From the NCBI GenBank assembly GCA_001938485.1, contig MQRK01219232.1, forward strand, positions 1 through 64,000: a stretch of 64,000 nucleotides of DNA, in the 5' to 3' direction. The stretch is from Girardia tigrina. Its lineage: Eukaryota. Position 1 is the stretch's first letter. Each line of letters begins with the position of its first letter. The translations under genes were made by a program, and so were the position numbers. Below the pieces are notes generated by a model. It had not been told where the DNA came from, did no database searches, and was given only the letters and a program-made list of their open reading frames with translations. This document shows, piece after piece, positions 52,601 through 64,000 of the stretch.

Positions 52601-55600
52601 AATATTTAAATATTAAATTACATATTATTTTATACTTAACGAACATGACATTTTTATATTTAATTATCGTTCAGCTCCGAAAATCACAACGTCCGCATGA
52701 TATAAAAATCCGAAAGAGTCGAGTATGTTATATTTTTATTACAATTTGTCTTGAATTAGATCTTGAATTGATTTATATGATAAGTTTTCAATGTTGATTT
52801 TTTTTCCTAACAAAAGGCTTCGAAGTTATGAATCTGATTTCCGTAATTAATTGCTTTTACAAAATATGTTGGATTTGTTTTGTCATACAAAATATGTCTT
52901 AACAAAAATAGCTTTTTCACAATAAAATTTTTTTTAATTTATTATAATTTAATAAGTAACCCTTTTAACTCTAGAGTAATCGAGTTAATTCGTTGTATAA
53001 ATAGAAAAATAAAATAATTATAATAGCGATCTGCACAAATGATTTCTAAATCAGCAACCGTGTAAGGAAAGAATACTGTACTCATTACATATCATGGTCT
53101 TTAAATAAATTTATGGTGGCGACTATTAAATATATGACAGAGAAAAATTGGCGCGATGCCAACGGGCATAACCAACCTGTTTATTTATATAATATTTGTA
53201 TATTCCACAAATCGAAACATGTCTGAAAGGATTTGTTTGATGATTCGATATATTTTCTTCATAAAAGAAAACTACTGCAACAATTAAAAGCATACAAATA
53301 TTTGACTTTAAAAATAAAATGTCCGAGAATCTTAACATAAAACATGTCACCGCAAACTAACGTTTGAACAGGCATGGTCACGTATTTGTGTCAGCGGCAA
53401 CGGATGTGGTAAATAAAAAGTAAATAAAAAAAATAAATAAAACATTCTCAATCTAATTTTTATTATTAATTATTATTAATTATTATTATTATTAAAAAAA
53501 ACTTTTGGAGGGATATCAAGATTTTGTTTCTGGGGATTATTATGAATTACCTTTTGCTACATTGTAAAATAAGGATACACCCTTTTATCAAATGACAATT
53601 GATAATGAGTTCNNNNNNNNNNNNNNNNNNNNNNNNNNNNNNNNNNNNNNNNNNNNNNNNNNAATTTTAAAAATTATGGTAAAAACACACTTATTATGAT
53701 GGATCTTGAACTCATTATCAATTGTCATTTGATAAAAGGGTGTATCCTTATTTTACAATGTAGCAAAAGGTAATTCATAATAATCCCCAGAAACAAAATC
53801 TTGATATCCCTCCAAAAGTTTTTTTTCTAAAGTAACAAATTTACGATCGATTTTGATCTCAACTTAAGCTGATAACTAGATGGTGAACTCGAAAAATTGT
53901 AAACCTATTTTTTTCAAATTTATAACAATAAACAAGCAATTAGGTTTATATTCCAATGTAAACTCCGCTAACTGCCATTGATTTTGATAATCGTGACACC
54001 ACACCAAAAATGCCTTGTTGGTTCGAAGCCAACAAATTCCAAACATAATCAAAAAATTTTCCTTGCAAGTATTTCTTCAGTTATCGGAAGAGCTGAAAAT
54101 CACTAGTGGCGAATGGGACTGTCTGGTGGGTGAGACTTCAGATATAATCTACATGACTCAGTTGTTGCTGTTGTCATTTGGGATGTGTAAATTTGGGAAT
54201 TGTCCTACAATAACCCGAAATCATTCTTTTCTGTTTGGTTCCTTAATCAGTTGTACATAAAAAAATTTAAAATTATTTTGACATTTGATTTAGTGAAATC
54301 CTCTACGGGTCTTCCTGGTTTTCCAAATCAAAAACAGTAGTGTGCTAACTTTTAAAAATACGAATATAGTTGTACATAACTGCTTTGCAAGTGAATTGAC
54401 TTTTGTTAGCGTTGTTCAGTTGTGCAATAATCCATTAGCTGCTAGTTTTCTTCAGGACCAAAAACTTTCTAATGCTTCGAAATTCAGCGTTATCTAACAT
54501 ATTCTGGCGAAATAATGAAATAGCTCGATTATTTTGAATATATAAGTAGCTTAAAACAACAAAAACCACTTTTCCGTACCTGCATATATATATATATTAG
54601 GGATAAAAACAAGACGACGCGTTTCGAGATAATAAAAATCCCATCATCAGGTCACAAATTACACTACGCAAGTACACTATATGGTAGCTTGCCGAAAATN
54701 NNNNNNNNNNNNNNNNNNNNNNNNNNNNNNNNNNNNNNNNNNNNNNNNNNNNNNNNNNNNNNNNNNNNNNNNNNNNNNNNNNNNNNNNNNNNNNNNNNNN
54801 NNNNNNNNNNNNNNNNNNNNNNNNNNNNNNNNNNNNNNNNNNNNNNNNNNNNNNNNNNNNNNNNNNNNNNNNNNNNNNNNNNNNNNNNNNNNNNNNNNNN
54901 NNNNNNNNNNNNNNNNNNNNNNNNNNNNNNNNNNNNNNNNNNNNNNNNNNNNNNNNNNNNNNNNNNNNNNNNNNNNNNNNNNNNNNNNNNNNNNNNNNNN
55001 NNNNNNNNNNNNNNNNNNNNNNNNNNNNNNNNNNNNNNNNNNNNNNNNNNNNNNNNNNNNNNNNNNNNNNNNNNNNNNNNNNNNNNNNNNNNNNNNNNNN
55101 NNNNNNNNNNNNNNNNNNNNNNNNNNNNNNNNNNNNNNNNNNNNNNNNNNNNNNNNNNNNNNNNNNNNNNNNNNNNNNNNNNNNNNNNNNNNNNNNNNNN
55201 NNNNNNNNNNNNNNNNNNNNNNNNNNNNNNNNNNNNNNNNNNNNNNNNNNNNNNNNNNNNNNNNNNNNNNNNNNNNNNNNNNNNNNNNNNNNNNNNNNNN
55301 NNNNNNNNNNNNNNNNNNNNNNNNNNNNNNNNNNNNNNNNNNNNNNNNNNNNNNNNNNNNNNNNNNNNNNNNNNNNNNNNNNNNNNNNNNNNNNNNNNNN
55401 NNNNNNNNNNNNNNNNNNNNNNNNNNNNNNNNNNNNNNNNNNNNNNNNNNNNNNNNNNNNNNNNNNNNNNNNNNNNNNNNNNNNNNNNNNNNNNNNNNNN
55501 NNNNNNNNNNNNNNNNNNNNNNNNNNNNNNNNNNNNNNTGATGATGGGATTTTTATTATCTCGAAACGCGTCGTCTTGTTTTTATCCCTATTATATAGAT

Positions 55601-55611
55601 TTTACTTTGCA

Positions 55612-55659
<48 letters not shown>

Positions 55660-58600
55660 ATTTAGTGAAGTAATTGTGTCTTGTCGAGTCTAAGTACTTA
55701 TTCTATCTTTTGATATTTTATTGTGAAAATTAATTTAAATATGTTTGTTATCAATTGAATGTTATCTCTTCCACATACCAAATGTTCTTTTTCGTCGCGC
55801 TATTAGTCTTTTTTGTGTTGTGTAAATTTGTTGGTTTTCATAATACATCATTTATAACTTAATTGTCAGTTTAGTTTAATTATTTATAAAAACGGAAGTT
55901 GATCATACCGGAAGTTACGTCATAATTTATCAGCTACCTTATAATATAAATACAAGTTCTATCAATTTCTGCTTGTTATATATATCTTCATATGACTTTA
56001 TATAACCTTTGTTTTTTGCATTTTCTAAGGGATGAAATCCTCCTTATAATCTCTATCTTCTACAATCGATTACTTGTTATTTATTGTCCTTTATTCCCCA
56101 TTAATTTCTTTATTTTCTTCCTTGTGAATATTTTGACCAATGAGTTTTTAGATATTTCTATATTATCATCAAGCAAAAACTTTTTGTTCAGTTTTGTAAA
56201 AATGTGTAATTTTTTTAATGATTTTTATCAATTTAACTATTTAAAACAAAGTTGCACACAAAATTTTGTATAACAAATTTAGTCTTAAATTATTTTTCAG
56301 GATTTGATTATTTTGTTTAAATCGGTCAGTTTTATATAAACAAATGATTCATAGTTTTGCTGATTCTGATTTAGTCATTTTAAAAATAAATTATCTGCAT
56401 AATAAACTTGTTTGTTAGGAACCCAGTCAAACTTTAGTAGCGAGGTCATCAATGATTATGTTGGTTGTTGCCCACAACAGTCCCAGGAATAAAATAATCA
56501 GCAATCAACTCGTAACTCCAAATAAGGATTTGGATTTAAATGCCAGTTTGAATGGATCCGTCAACATTCCCGCTGTTAAATTAAATTTCGAAAGTTTTTC
56601 TAATAAGGATCCGAAATCTCCGAATTATGAAATGAGTTCAGTCGAGACAAATTCTGAAGTTCTTCCAGCAAATCGTGACGGAACATCAGTAGAACCTTCT
56701 GCCAATGCAATCGAGAACGGATTCACGACCGAACCCAACGAAATTTGTAATGGGAATTATTTCTTGAATCTTGTGCACAAACACGAAAATGAAATTCTGA
56801 TGAAAATCGATGTCGTCCAAAAATATTTGGACACAGAAAATCTCAAATTCGACGACGAAGGTATTTTATTTCATTTTCTTGTTGTATATTGTTATAAATG
56901 TGATTTCTGAATATTTTTAAAAAGTAAACATTTAAGAGTACAAACAGATCGATAAAAGAACTTATTCTGAAGAGTTTAGAGCATTTAAGAGGAGTAATTA
57001 GATGAAATTTTAAATTTGAAGATTTATACTCTTACAACTTTTTTAAAATATCTAATTTTTTATGAATTTAAAAGTAAATCTTTCCCACAATTATTCAATG
57101 TGTATCTATAATTAGATTAATAAATTATAATAATTATACCAAAAGGCAATCTTCATTGTACTTGTCAACGCCATCCAAGATTTTGTATTTCAGCGATACA
57201 AATTGAAGTCTTTACTGATGGACAAGTCGTGGAAACTTCGATGTTTTAAAAAACTCGATGTAGAAAAACTACACATTGATTTTCTTAATCTCTAAACTTC
57301 AGTTGACTCATCAAACGCCAAGTCCAAACACGACAAGATCAAGGATGAACTCGCTAAATTCCTTCGCAAAAAATTCGGCAAAGGCACCGTCTTGACCGAA
57401 AAAGCACACACTTTCCTAGATAAAACATGGAAAATTATGGACATTTTTTTCGACCTTGGACCCAACGCCTGGATAATCGAAGTAAAAAGCCCTTTGGACA
57501 CAGATAGACAATTCAAAGACGCCTACACAAGAGCCTGCGACCATTACCTCGATGTTCCAATGGACCTCATAAAACGTTTCCACAAAACTGAAGTTAAGAT
57601 TTTCCCCTTTGTCATCGGGTGCCTTGGAAGATGGCACCTGGACAACACTTCCCTACTTCACGCCATTGGATGGAATGACGATGAAGTCAAAACATACGCC
57701 ACAAGAATCGCAAAACGAAACATTGAAATATGCGCCAAACATTATAGCCGACACCTTTTATCTGACGAAGAAATAATCAGAGACGGCACTGCTTAACAAA
57801 CATGCAGTCAAAAACCCCTAGTTGCACCCTGTAAAAGAGTGCAACTCTTCGCCGTGACGAAGCGAAGGCAGAGGCGCAAGCCACTTGTCGGTTATCAAGG
57901 CATCTTCATGAAAATGTCGATGTATTGCATTTGATTTAACTTCACCTAAGCGGTGCGATTAAATTAAATTAAATAATATTTCAATTGATAAAATATTTTT
58001 CATCTATAATTAGTGTATTAGAAAAGATTTTTATTTGTATTTTTATAAGTGAATAAAAATTAATGAAAATTTACAAACATGAATAGAATACATTATAAGT
58101 ATTTAAGCATTTATACAAAATGCCTAGAAGCATTTATTAAATGACTACGTGAGTAGAAACCCCTGAAATGGTTGATGATGAGTAATATTCGTATAATAAT
58201 TCGATATTCGAAGACCCATAAAGAACTTAGTCTGGTAGACAGTGTCTGAAATAACACAGAGAAACTGTATTAAACGATATTTGTATGACATATTTTCTAT
58301 ACGTTACCAATTTTAATTACTGTTGGAATGTATGCAAATATTTTTATATCTGCATAGATTGAATGTCTAATAATAATTTAGTGAGAATGTTATTATGAAC
58401 CTCGTAGATTTGAGACGTCGATAATCTAACTGCTTCTGTAATTTGCGATGATAAAAACTTACAAAAATTGTTTAAAATTAATTTATGCTTGCATGATTAT
58501 GGCGGTAATGATATTCGCTGCTTCAGTGATCATGTCGTGCTCAAGTTAGTTTTAAACAGTGCTTACTTTAAGACAATAATTCCTATCGACCTGATTCTTT

Positions 58601-59808
58601 CCAGCCCCTCTCCGATTGTTCGGATCAAGCAATTTAGTCACAAAAACAGAGTCAATAGAATTATTGGTGCAAAAATGTTTCCTTGCGATCGGTAATGACC
58701 GCTTGGTTGTTCTAGTGTTAACACTCCTTTAATTCTATCCAAATGATTATGGTCCTACTTCAATGCTCCTTTGACTGTTAACAACTATGTAAAGACAAAA
58801 CAGATTATGACAATAACAATGAGACAAAGATACTTCGTCTAAATCTATAGTATAATGCATAAAATTACTTTTGTAAACCGTCTGACAGTGTAGATCAAGT
58901 TCCCGAGAAATAAGGGCGGTTGTCATTCATATTTGCCCGTTTAGATCACAGTGATTTTAGTTAACCTTAATTATTTTGAAGAAACAAATTCAACATTAAA
59001 GTCCAACAAAAGCAGAATCTGATTAATTCGCATTTGATGATTCATATTTTATAAAATGTTTATCACTTTTTATTATAAAAAAACTGTCGCTAATTTTAAT
59101 TGAATCATTCGCAATTTCCAACTGAACTTTTGTGACTAAATGAAGGACATTTCCGTGCGATTTGAGGGATATAAATTGTATTTATGGCTGAAATTTATTG
59201 AAGCAAAACAACAATGACTTGATCCACGAATGATTTATGTATCTTTAATTATTTCATATACAATTTATATTTCGTTTTTTACTTTTCCCTTCATTTCAGT
59301 CTCGGGACAATTATTGGTCACAGTTGGAAAAGCAAGATTACTATTGTCTGAAAAGATGCTTCAGTTTAAAGGATTGTGTGAGAAAAATATCAGTGGTGTT
59401 ATTGAAGAAAATGAATTGCCGACTTTACTATCAGACTTGAATGGATTTTGGGATATGGTTTTTGGACAAATCGAAGATATTTACAAAAACTTTGCACTGG
59501 TAGAGAAGATTCGATTGAACGATTGGAAAATGGTTACGTTTGATGAAAACGATAGACCGTCAACGAATACACCAGCACGATCGAAACGATCAACAACCTC
59601 CAAAACTTCAATAGGATCTCAAAGAAAATCGTCAGCAACCAACACCCCTCTTGCAATGAAAAAGAAGCAATCCTCAGACACTCCAACACATAGTAAATAT
59701 TCCAGTGCCGAAAAAAGAAAGAATATGATGCAATTCAAATTGAATCAAAAAGCGAATATGGTTCAAAACTCAGATCCGACTATGAACAATGATATAACTT
59801 TCTATTAA
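22690..59808 (+). CDS. DLGAP: GKAP/DLGAP (SAPAP/HURP) family protein, ~805 aa. Exons: 22690-22899, 27340-27778, 31906-32072, 40587-40691, 40749-40791, 45799-45891, 48818-49179, 52675-52722, 56419-56860, 59300-59808
   Basis: The C-terminal GKAP homology domain (GNYFLNLV...VGKARLLLSEKMLQFKGLCEKN...DLNGFWDMV...NDW) lies in the last two exons. All introns are GT-AG with matching phases (0,1,0,0,1,1,0,0,1). The 5' exons are low-complexity and less certain. Confidence 0.8.
22885..24800. repeat. Mosaic, degenerate tandem duplications of AT-rich blocks
   Basis: atcaaataa.gtaaatcgataaaa recurs near 22890, 23603, 23915 and 24357; agtccctaaataattcc recurs near 23671, 24131 and 24644. Confidence 0.75.
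28710..28896. mobile_element. hAT-Charlie-type MITE
   Basis: TIRs CAGGAGTCTCCAAACT / AGTTTGGAAACCCCTG; 8-bp flanks tcctatac / agctatac. Confidence 0.8.
29926..30431 (-). mobile_element. Internally deleted mariner
   Basis: TA-flanked TIRs CTAGGTTAGTTAAAAAGTTCGCG / CGCGAACTTTTCAGCTAACCTAG; C-terminal PYSLDLAPS...RWRKCIVFMGEY. Confidence 0.88.
33308..33780 (-). mobile_element. Degenerate Tigger/pogo 3' remnant
   Basis: GVGDVTAENVKEFLESHDQ resembles the Tigger1/TIGD1 C-terminus. Confidence 0.4.
37725..38640 (+). mobile_element. Mariner transposon, 3'-truncated, with stops and frameshifts
   Basis: TA|TTGGGTTGGTCAAAAAGT TIR; MENKNEHIRH, DAPRSGRP, WLSHEL, ITGDE, KVMLSVWWD and HDNARPH. Confidence 0.93.
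39140..39869 (-). mobile_element. Internally deleted Tigger/pogo element
   Basis: TIRs CAGTAGATTC..TTTTATGCGGT / ACCGCATAAAAACAGAATCTACTG; DDE_1 remnant KKAWVTTAIYTEWF...LNACWKTIW. Confidence 0.82.
41390..42132 (+). mobile_element. Old Penelope-like element 3' end (degenerate GIY-YIG) with a decayed hammerhead
   Basis: NLIYYFNFHWCKNSHNEDTNRNFKTQISEH...DEFSVL; ATTG-CaGATGA...tAAACATGTA-CAAT at 42092-42132. Confidence 0.65.
43538..44996 (-). mobile_element. Mutator-like (MULE) non-autonomous element with ~500-bp TIRs and 9-bp TSD
   Basis: GTTAATTTA at 43529-43537 and 44997-45005; AATTCGACAC subterminal repeats; internal remnant KTTNCCEGFHNAINAIFQCSHPSVWTLLDGL. Confidence 0.92.
45006..45042 (+). 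ncRNA. Minimal type I hammerhead ribozyme (Penelope pLTR)
   Basis: GT-CTGAAGA-T-GGCGG gtaat CCGCC-GAAA-T TA A TT-AC, with palindromic stem III. Confidence 0.8.
46421..46747. mobile_element. MITE with ~115-bp TIRs and TA TSD
   Basis: TA|CTACCCAAATTCA...TGAATTTGGGTAG|TA, with near-perfect inverted arms. Confidence 0.8.
49450..49620 (-). mobile_element. Mariner transposase N-terminal remnant
   Basis: MSRDAELRSVIRYLVLKMSGKDIIDELEIVYED...HGRDDVLDE. Confidence 0.5.
50103..51097 (-). mobile_element. Tigger (pogo/TIGD1-like) transposon, 3'-truncated
   Basis: TA|CAGGTAGTCGTCGACTTACGAC TIR; CENP-B-type HTH domains, FLASTGWFQRFKKR and IFNVDETGLFWKR; one internal stop. Confidence 0.92.
53494..53826. 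repeat. Perfect ~119-bp inverted repeat around a small N-gap (MITE or assembly artefact)
   Basis: 53494-53612 is the reverse complement of 53708-53826. Confidence 0.8.
53950..54500 (-). mobile_element. Highly degenerate mariner remnant
   Basis: SHPPDSP/FATSDFQLFR*LKKYLQGKFF resembles HPPYSPDLAPSDFHLF. Confidence 0.55.
54613..54653 (-). ncRNA. Minimal hammerhead ribozyme (Penelope-type)
   Basis: GAC-CTGATGA-T-GGGAT ttttatt ATCTC-GAAACGCGTC-GTC. Confidence 0.85.
55539..55575 (+). ncRNA. Minimal hammerhead ribozyme, inverted identical copy (5' end lies in the gap)
   Basis: TGATGATGGGATTTTTATTATCTCGAAACGCGTCGTC. Confidence 0.8.
57296..57975 (+). mobile_element. 5'-truncated R2/NeSL-type non-LTR retrotransposon end (restriction-like endonuclease + 3' UTR)
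   Basis: KHDKI...IMDI...IIEVKSP...HY...PFVIGCLGRW fits the RLE RHD/PD-(D/E)xK/GxLGxW layout. The 3' UTR is structured and ends in a (TTAAA)n tail. Confidence 0.75.
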
Positions 59809-61667
59809 TACTATTATCCATAGATTTTCATTAATTTGTTGATCAAACTTCTTGAATGTGTAATTTATAAATTGTATATAAATTTTGATTTCTTTATTGT
59901 ATTATAGCTTTACACATTTATATAAATATATATAAAGTTTATTTTGCTATTTTCTCTTTTTTAATTAAAACTTGATTTCACCTTTGAATTTGTAAATAAT
60001 TTGTGAAGATGAAATTTTGTATATGTTGTATAATTATTTATATTTTGTAATGAGAGTTGTGGTGATTGTTTTGACTTGTCAACAGTGGGTCGTTCATTAG
60101 GGGATGTCTTGTTGGAACAGTAACAACTGATTTGTTACCTTTCAATCACTTCCAAGCAATTTATTTTGAATCTTTCCAATCATTTTTGACTCTTTCTCTT
60201 CATTCTTAATCCTTTTAACGTTATGTTTATCACTTCATTTTGGGGGGACACAGTATGTTTTTCCTACTTATAATCATGTGAGTGTTCTTCTTGTGTCTTT
60301 AAGAACATTATTTGTATCGGATGAGGTTTTTCAAAAAAAAAACGTATTTCTAGAGATTATTGAATTTTGTTAATGATTTTATTTGATTTTTTGGTGAATT
60401 GTGTTGGTAGAAATTGTACTTGTATAAAGAGGATGAAATGGTTGTTTTATTTTGTATTTTTTGTCGTAAATTGGGCTACTTTTTTATTTGTCTTAAGCAA
60501 ACGATTTTCTTTGGTTGACGAAACAAAAATATGTTTTTAGTTGTGTGACTTGAAATCGTTCCGCGAATCTCGAAACAAAAAATATCGGGAATTTTGTGAC
60601 TTAATAAAAACGAATTGAAAAGTCGACTTTTTGTTAGGGATAGAGGAAAATTTTTTAGACTAATGGCAAAATATTTCAGTTGGGCGTGTTTACTTGAAGT
60701 GGCAGTTGGAGAATCGCCCAATGCGTAGATGGAGAGATACGTACATCTATCTATCGCTGGTGTTCAAGTTGGATTCAGAATTCAGTGACACGCGAAAGAT
60801 AGACACATCACGTCCATTATGGCATTGCAAATTGGTTAAAACAGTTTCTGAAAAAATATTGCTGTCACAGAAGTAATGTGAAAGCAAATTGGTCAATGTG
60901 CTTGAACATCGCCGGTTGATTTGATATTAATGTTCTTAAAATTGATCTGCATTGTGAAGGGCAGAGCTTGTTGATTGTGTTTGCAATCTTTGAGTAACAG
61001 ACGTTAGATAATTGCTGGAGCAATGTACGCGTTTTTGACATAATATTTTTATTTATATAATCGATATGCTTTATGTATACAATAATTTTGTGACATTATT
61101 TACTTTTCTTGTAAGTCTTAAACATTGCAATTTAGATTTTTGTACATACATTTGAAAAATAATGTCAAATAATCATTAAATAATTCTGCTGAAAAAAAAA
61201 ATAATGGAACAAATTATTTTTGTAATGATTCGGATTTTATCTTTTCTATTTGGAGTTTAAGAGTCATTGTGAAAAATTAATCATATTGATTAAATGAGAA
61301 ATTGTTTTGCACTAGCTTTCCAATATTCAATAAATAAACTTCGATCCCACCAATAAAGGAATTTTGGTGAACAATTTGCGCTGGAAATACCGGTATTATG
61401 GAGCTTGAAGAACGGTAGTAAAAATTAAGAATTAAAATTTTTTTTCTTAAAACAATATTTGCACTATTTATGAAATTTTTATTTATATTATTTTTAGTCA
61501 ATTTTATTTTAATTAAAATTGGTCTAATAATTAAAGATATTTTTAACGACTATTTTAAAATAAATTTTCATCGATTAGTAAAAATGACTTTTTTTTAATT
61601 TTATTCAAAATTTTTATTAATAGATATAATCTTTTTTCTTAATTTTCTTCCGCTAATATTTTTGAAC

Positions 61668-62884
61668 TAAGGAATTCAATCCTGGTATCCCGAAAAAAAT
61701 TTTCCTCCAATCCTGGGATTGATATATAAAGTTCTTTATATAAAATTTATAATAAGAAAATAATATTAAGAAAAACTTTATTCCACAAATTATATATTTA
61801 ATACAACTTAATTCAATTGAATACAGTCATCCACATGTAAAAAAAAATAAAATTTCAATAAGGTGAGTTTACTAAGAGTATCAGCACAAAGTCTGGAGAG
61901 AAGTTTTGTCATAAAAAGACCATTGACAGAGAAAGCAAGCTCTGCATCAATAGTTGTAGGTGGAATGGTGATTAAGGCTTTATATAGAAATTCCACTATT
62001 TTGCCATGCTGACCAGTCGATTGATTAAAAGCCATTTCTCTTTTGATAGCGACTTTCCCATTGTCATCAGCTGGAGAATTCGATAAAAGATGACACTTTC
62101 AGTACATCCGTCAGCCTTTCAGTGATAATGAGTTCCTTTGGAGGTACTTTATCCGCAGTGCTAATTTCATCCGTCCCAGGCACCAGGTGAAGTTTCTCAG
62201 TCAATGTGATCAGAGTTTCTATGATTGGTGTGAGATCAGCATCGTTTGAATTCGGTAATTCCTGACGAGACAAGTCATTAATTGCTGACATCAGGACGCT
62301 TTCTCGGTCTGAGATTCTTTTTTTAACTGTGGCATTAACATTAGTATTAACTAGGGCAATCACCATGTTATTCTTCTGCCTTTGGAGCTCCTCAATAGCA
62401 ACTTGCTTAGTGAAAATCGCTTTCCTTCCAAACGTCTTCTGTTTATATTCTTTTTGATTGACTCTTCAATAATAGTTGTGAAATTCATCACTCTGACGAA
62501 TAGTATCAGCTGACTTTGGAAGGTCAATTTGGCGAGCTGACAATGCGATGCAAAGATCTTTAGAGGTAATAAATGTATTTTAAAAAAAGCAATTGTATTT
62601 TAAAGAATAAAAATGTATTTCATTTTAAAATTATGATTCACTGTATATATTCACTGCAGAAAACGTAAAAATTCAATGGTAAGAGATATTTCTCAGTTTA
62701 AAATGCTTCTTTTTTAAAAACTCCTAAACACATAAAAAAGTATGTAAATGTACGAAATACGAAATATATAAAAACAAAGAAAGCGAAATTCATAACTGAA
62801 GCCCGAGATCCCGATAGTCTAATCCAGGGATTACAATCCCGGTAAAATATCCGGAATCGCGGGATTCCGGGATTGAATTCCCTA
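61668..62884 (-). mobile_element. Internally deleted hAT element with perfect 8-bp TSD
   Basis: TTTTGAAC on both sides; TIRs TAAGGAATTCAATCCTGG / CCGGGATTGAATTCCCTA; dimerisation motif IPPTTIDAELAFS..TKLLSRL. Confidence 0.92.
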
Positions 62885-62989
62885 TTTTGAACTAATAATT
62901 AATTACTTTTGGAAATATATAAATATAAATTAAAAAGTTTGATTTCACGCTTAATATAGATTACCTAACCGATATATTTTCAATTTTTA

Positions 62990-63596
62990 ATGACTTTAAT
63001 TTTTCATTTCAAGGGCCAGAAATGACAATTATGGAGGCAAATGAAAAATAAGATTTCATTGTACACAAGAAGAGTAAAACCTGAAAACCTTATCAATTTT
63101 TCATATCTTGACTATGTTTTAAGAGACAACAAATATTATTGCCAGACAAAATAAAGAAATGCTGCAACAAATTACAACACTTCAAGCATCATTTGAGCGA
63201 TATTTCGACACTTAAAACAGGGCAAATGATCTTTGCATACGAAATCCTTTCATTATTAGTATGGATATTGTTCTAGTTTAAGATGAAATCAATGAAGATT
63301 TAATTAATTTTCGAGCTCTTCTAAAAGCCGAATTTGATTTCAAATAATTTGCAGATTAATTAATTTGGTGCAGTTTAAAAGACGCGAATCCAGATTTATT
63401 CAAAAGAGCAATGTTATTATTCATTCCGTTTTTCAATACCTAATTATGTGGGAAAAGCTTTTTACAATTGTCTCAATTAAAACAGAGGATAGAAATAAAT
63501 TGGAAACCCTAAGTGACATGAGAGAAGCTCTATCCCTTACTGAACCTTGATTTAATAAACTTTGTGATTATAAACAGCTGTAACCATCTCATTAGA
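62990..63596 (+). mobile_element. hAT Buster/Charlie transposase C-terminal remnant
   Basis: LNFSFQG, WCSLKDANPDL, KTEDRNKL..SDMREALS and a terminal Q..PSH*. Confidence 0.75.
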
Positions 63597-63768
63597 TTTG
63601 AATAATTTATGTATTGTAACAAATTGAAATTTTTTTCAAAAAGTTTAACAATATTATCTTTCTTTAAATCAAGTCACCTAAATTGTTTTGGTTCAGTATT
63701 AATCCATCAACTACAACATGCATTATTAACTTCAGTATCTTCGTTATTTCGTTTATTGGTTAATATAC

Positions 63769-64000
63769 TGTTGAGATCCTGTAGATAAGAAGTATAAAAT
63801 ATATATAAAATGATCTTCAATAAAATATCAATATTGTCCTAAATAAAGAATTAAAAAGATAAAAATAAATTAAATTATAAAGAGGTATAATCCCATTTTA
63901 ACTTTCCCTTTGTTTGAGCCGGTTGCTTAGGGACGCGGGGAGGTAAATTGGGATATTAATAAAAAAATATATAATTTAATATATATATATATATATATAT
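63769..64000. mobile_element. Start of an LTR of the same family as 11714-14274 (opposite orientation)
   Basis: TGTTGAGATCC... aligns with the reverse complement of 14274-14075, including the ATCCCA...TGGGAT hairpin. Confidence 0.75.

Noticed and set aside
58170-58220. Hammerhead-like TGATGAG...CGAAG
   Set aside because: Core nucleotides are non-canonical and there is no associated element.

Overview
Very AT-rich eukaryotic genomic DNA with scaffold N-gaps. The ~50-60 nt introns and the TE repertoire would fit a planarian-like flatworm, but the taxon is inference only. (1) 1-22 kb is a nested retrotransposon cluster. One decayed minus-strand Ty3/Gypsy element (gag with 4 zinc knuckles, protease, RT, integrase) is split by at least four LTR-type insertions; three are bounded by intact 4-bp TSDs (CATC 204-6651, CTAC 11714-14274, AATA 16213-19222). 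One of these carries a disrupted, internally deleted NAA15 copy, two contain multi-intron spliced units, and one has GC hairpins. Next to the cluster lie a short PPT-LTR-PBS unit and a decayed ORF with a ubiquitin-like domain ending in GG. (2) 22.7-59.8 kb is one plus-strand 10-exon GKAP/DLGAP(SAPAP)-family gene (~805 aa, all splice phases consistent). Its introns hold mariner, Tigger/pogo, hAT, Mutator, Penelope (GIY-YIG plus hammerhead ribozymes) and an R2/NeSL-type RLE retroelement end. (3) 61.6-64 kb has hAT remnants and the start of another LTR.
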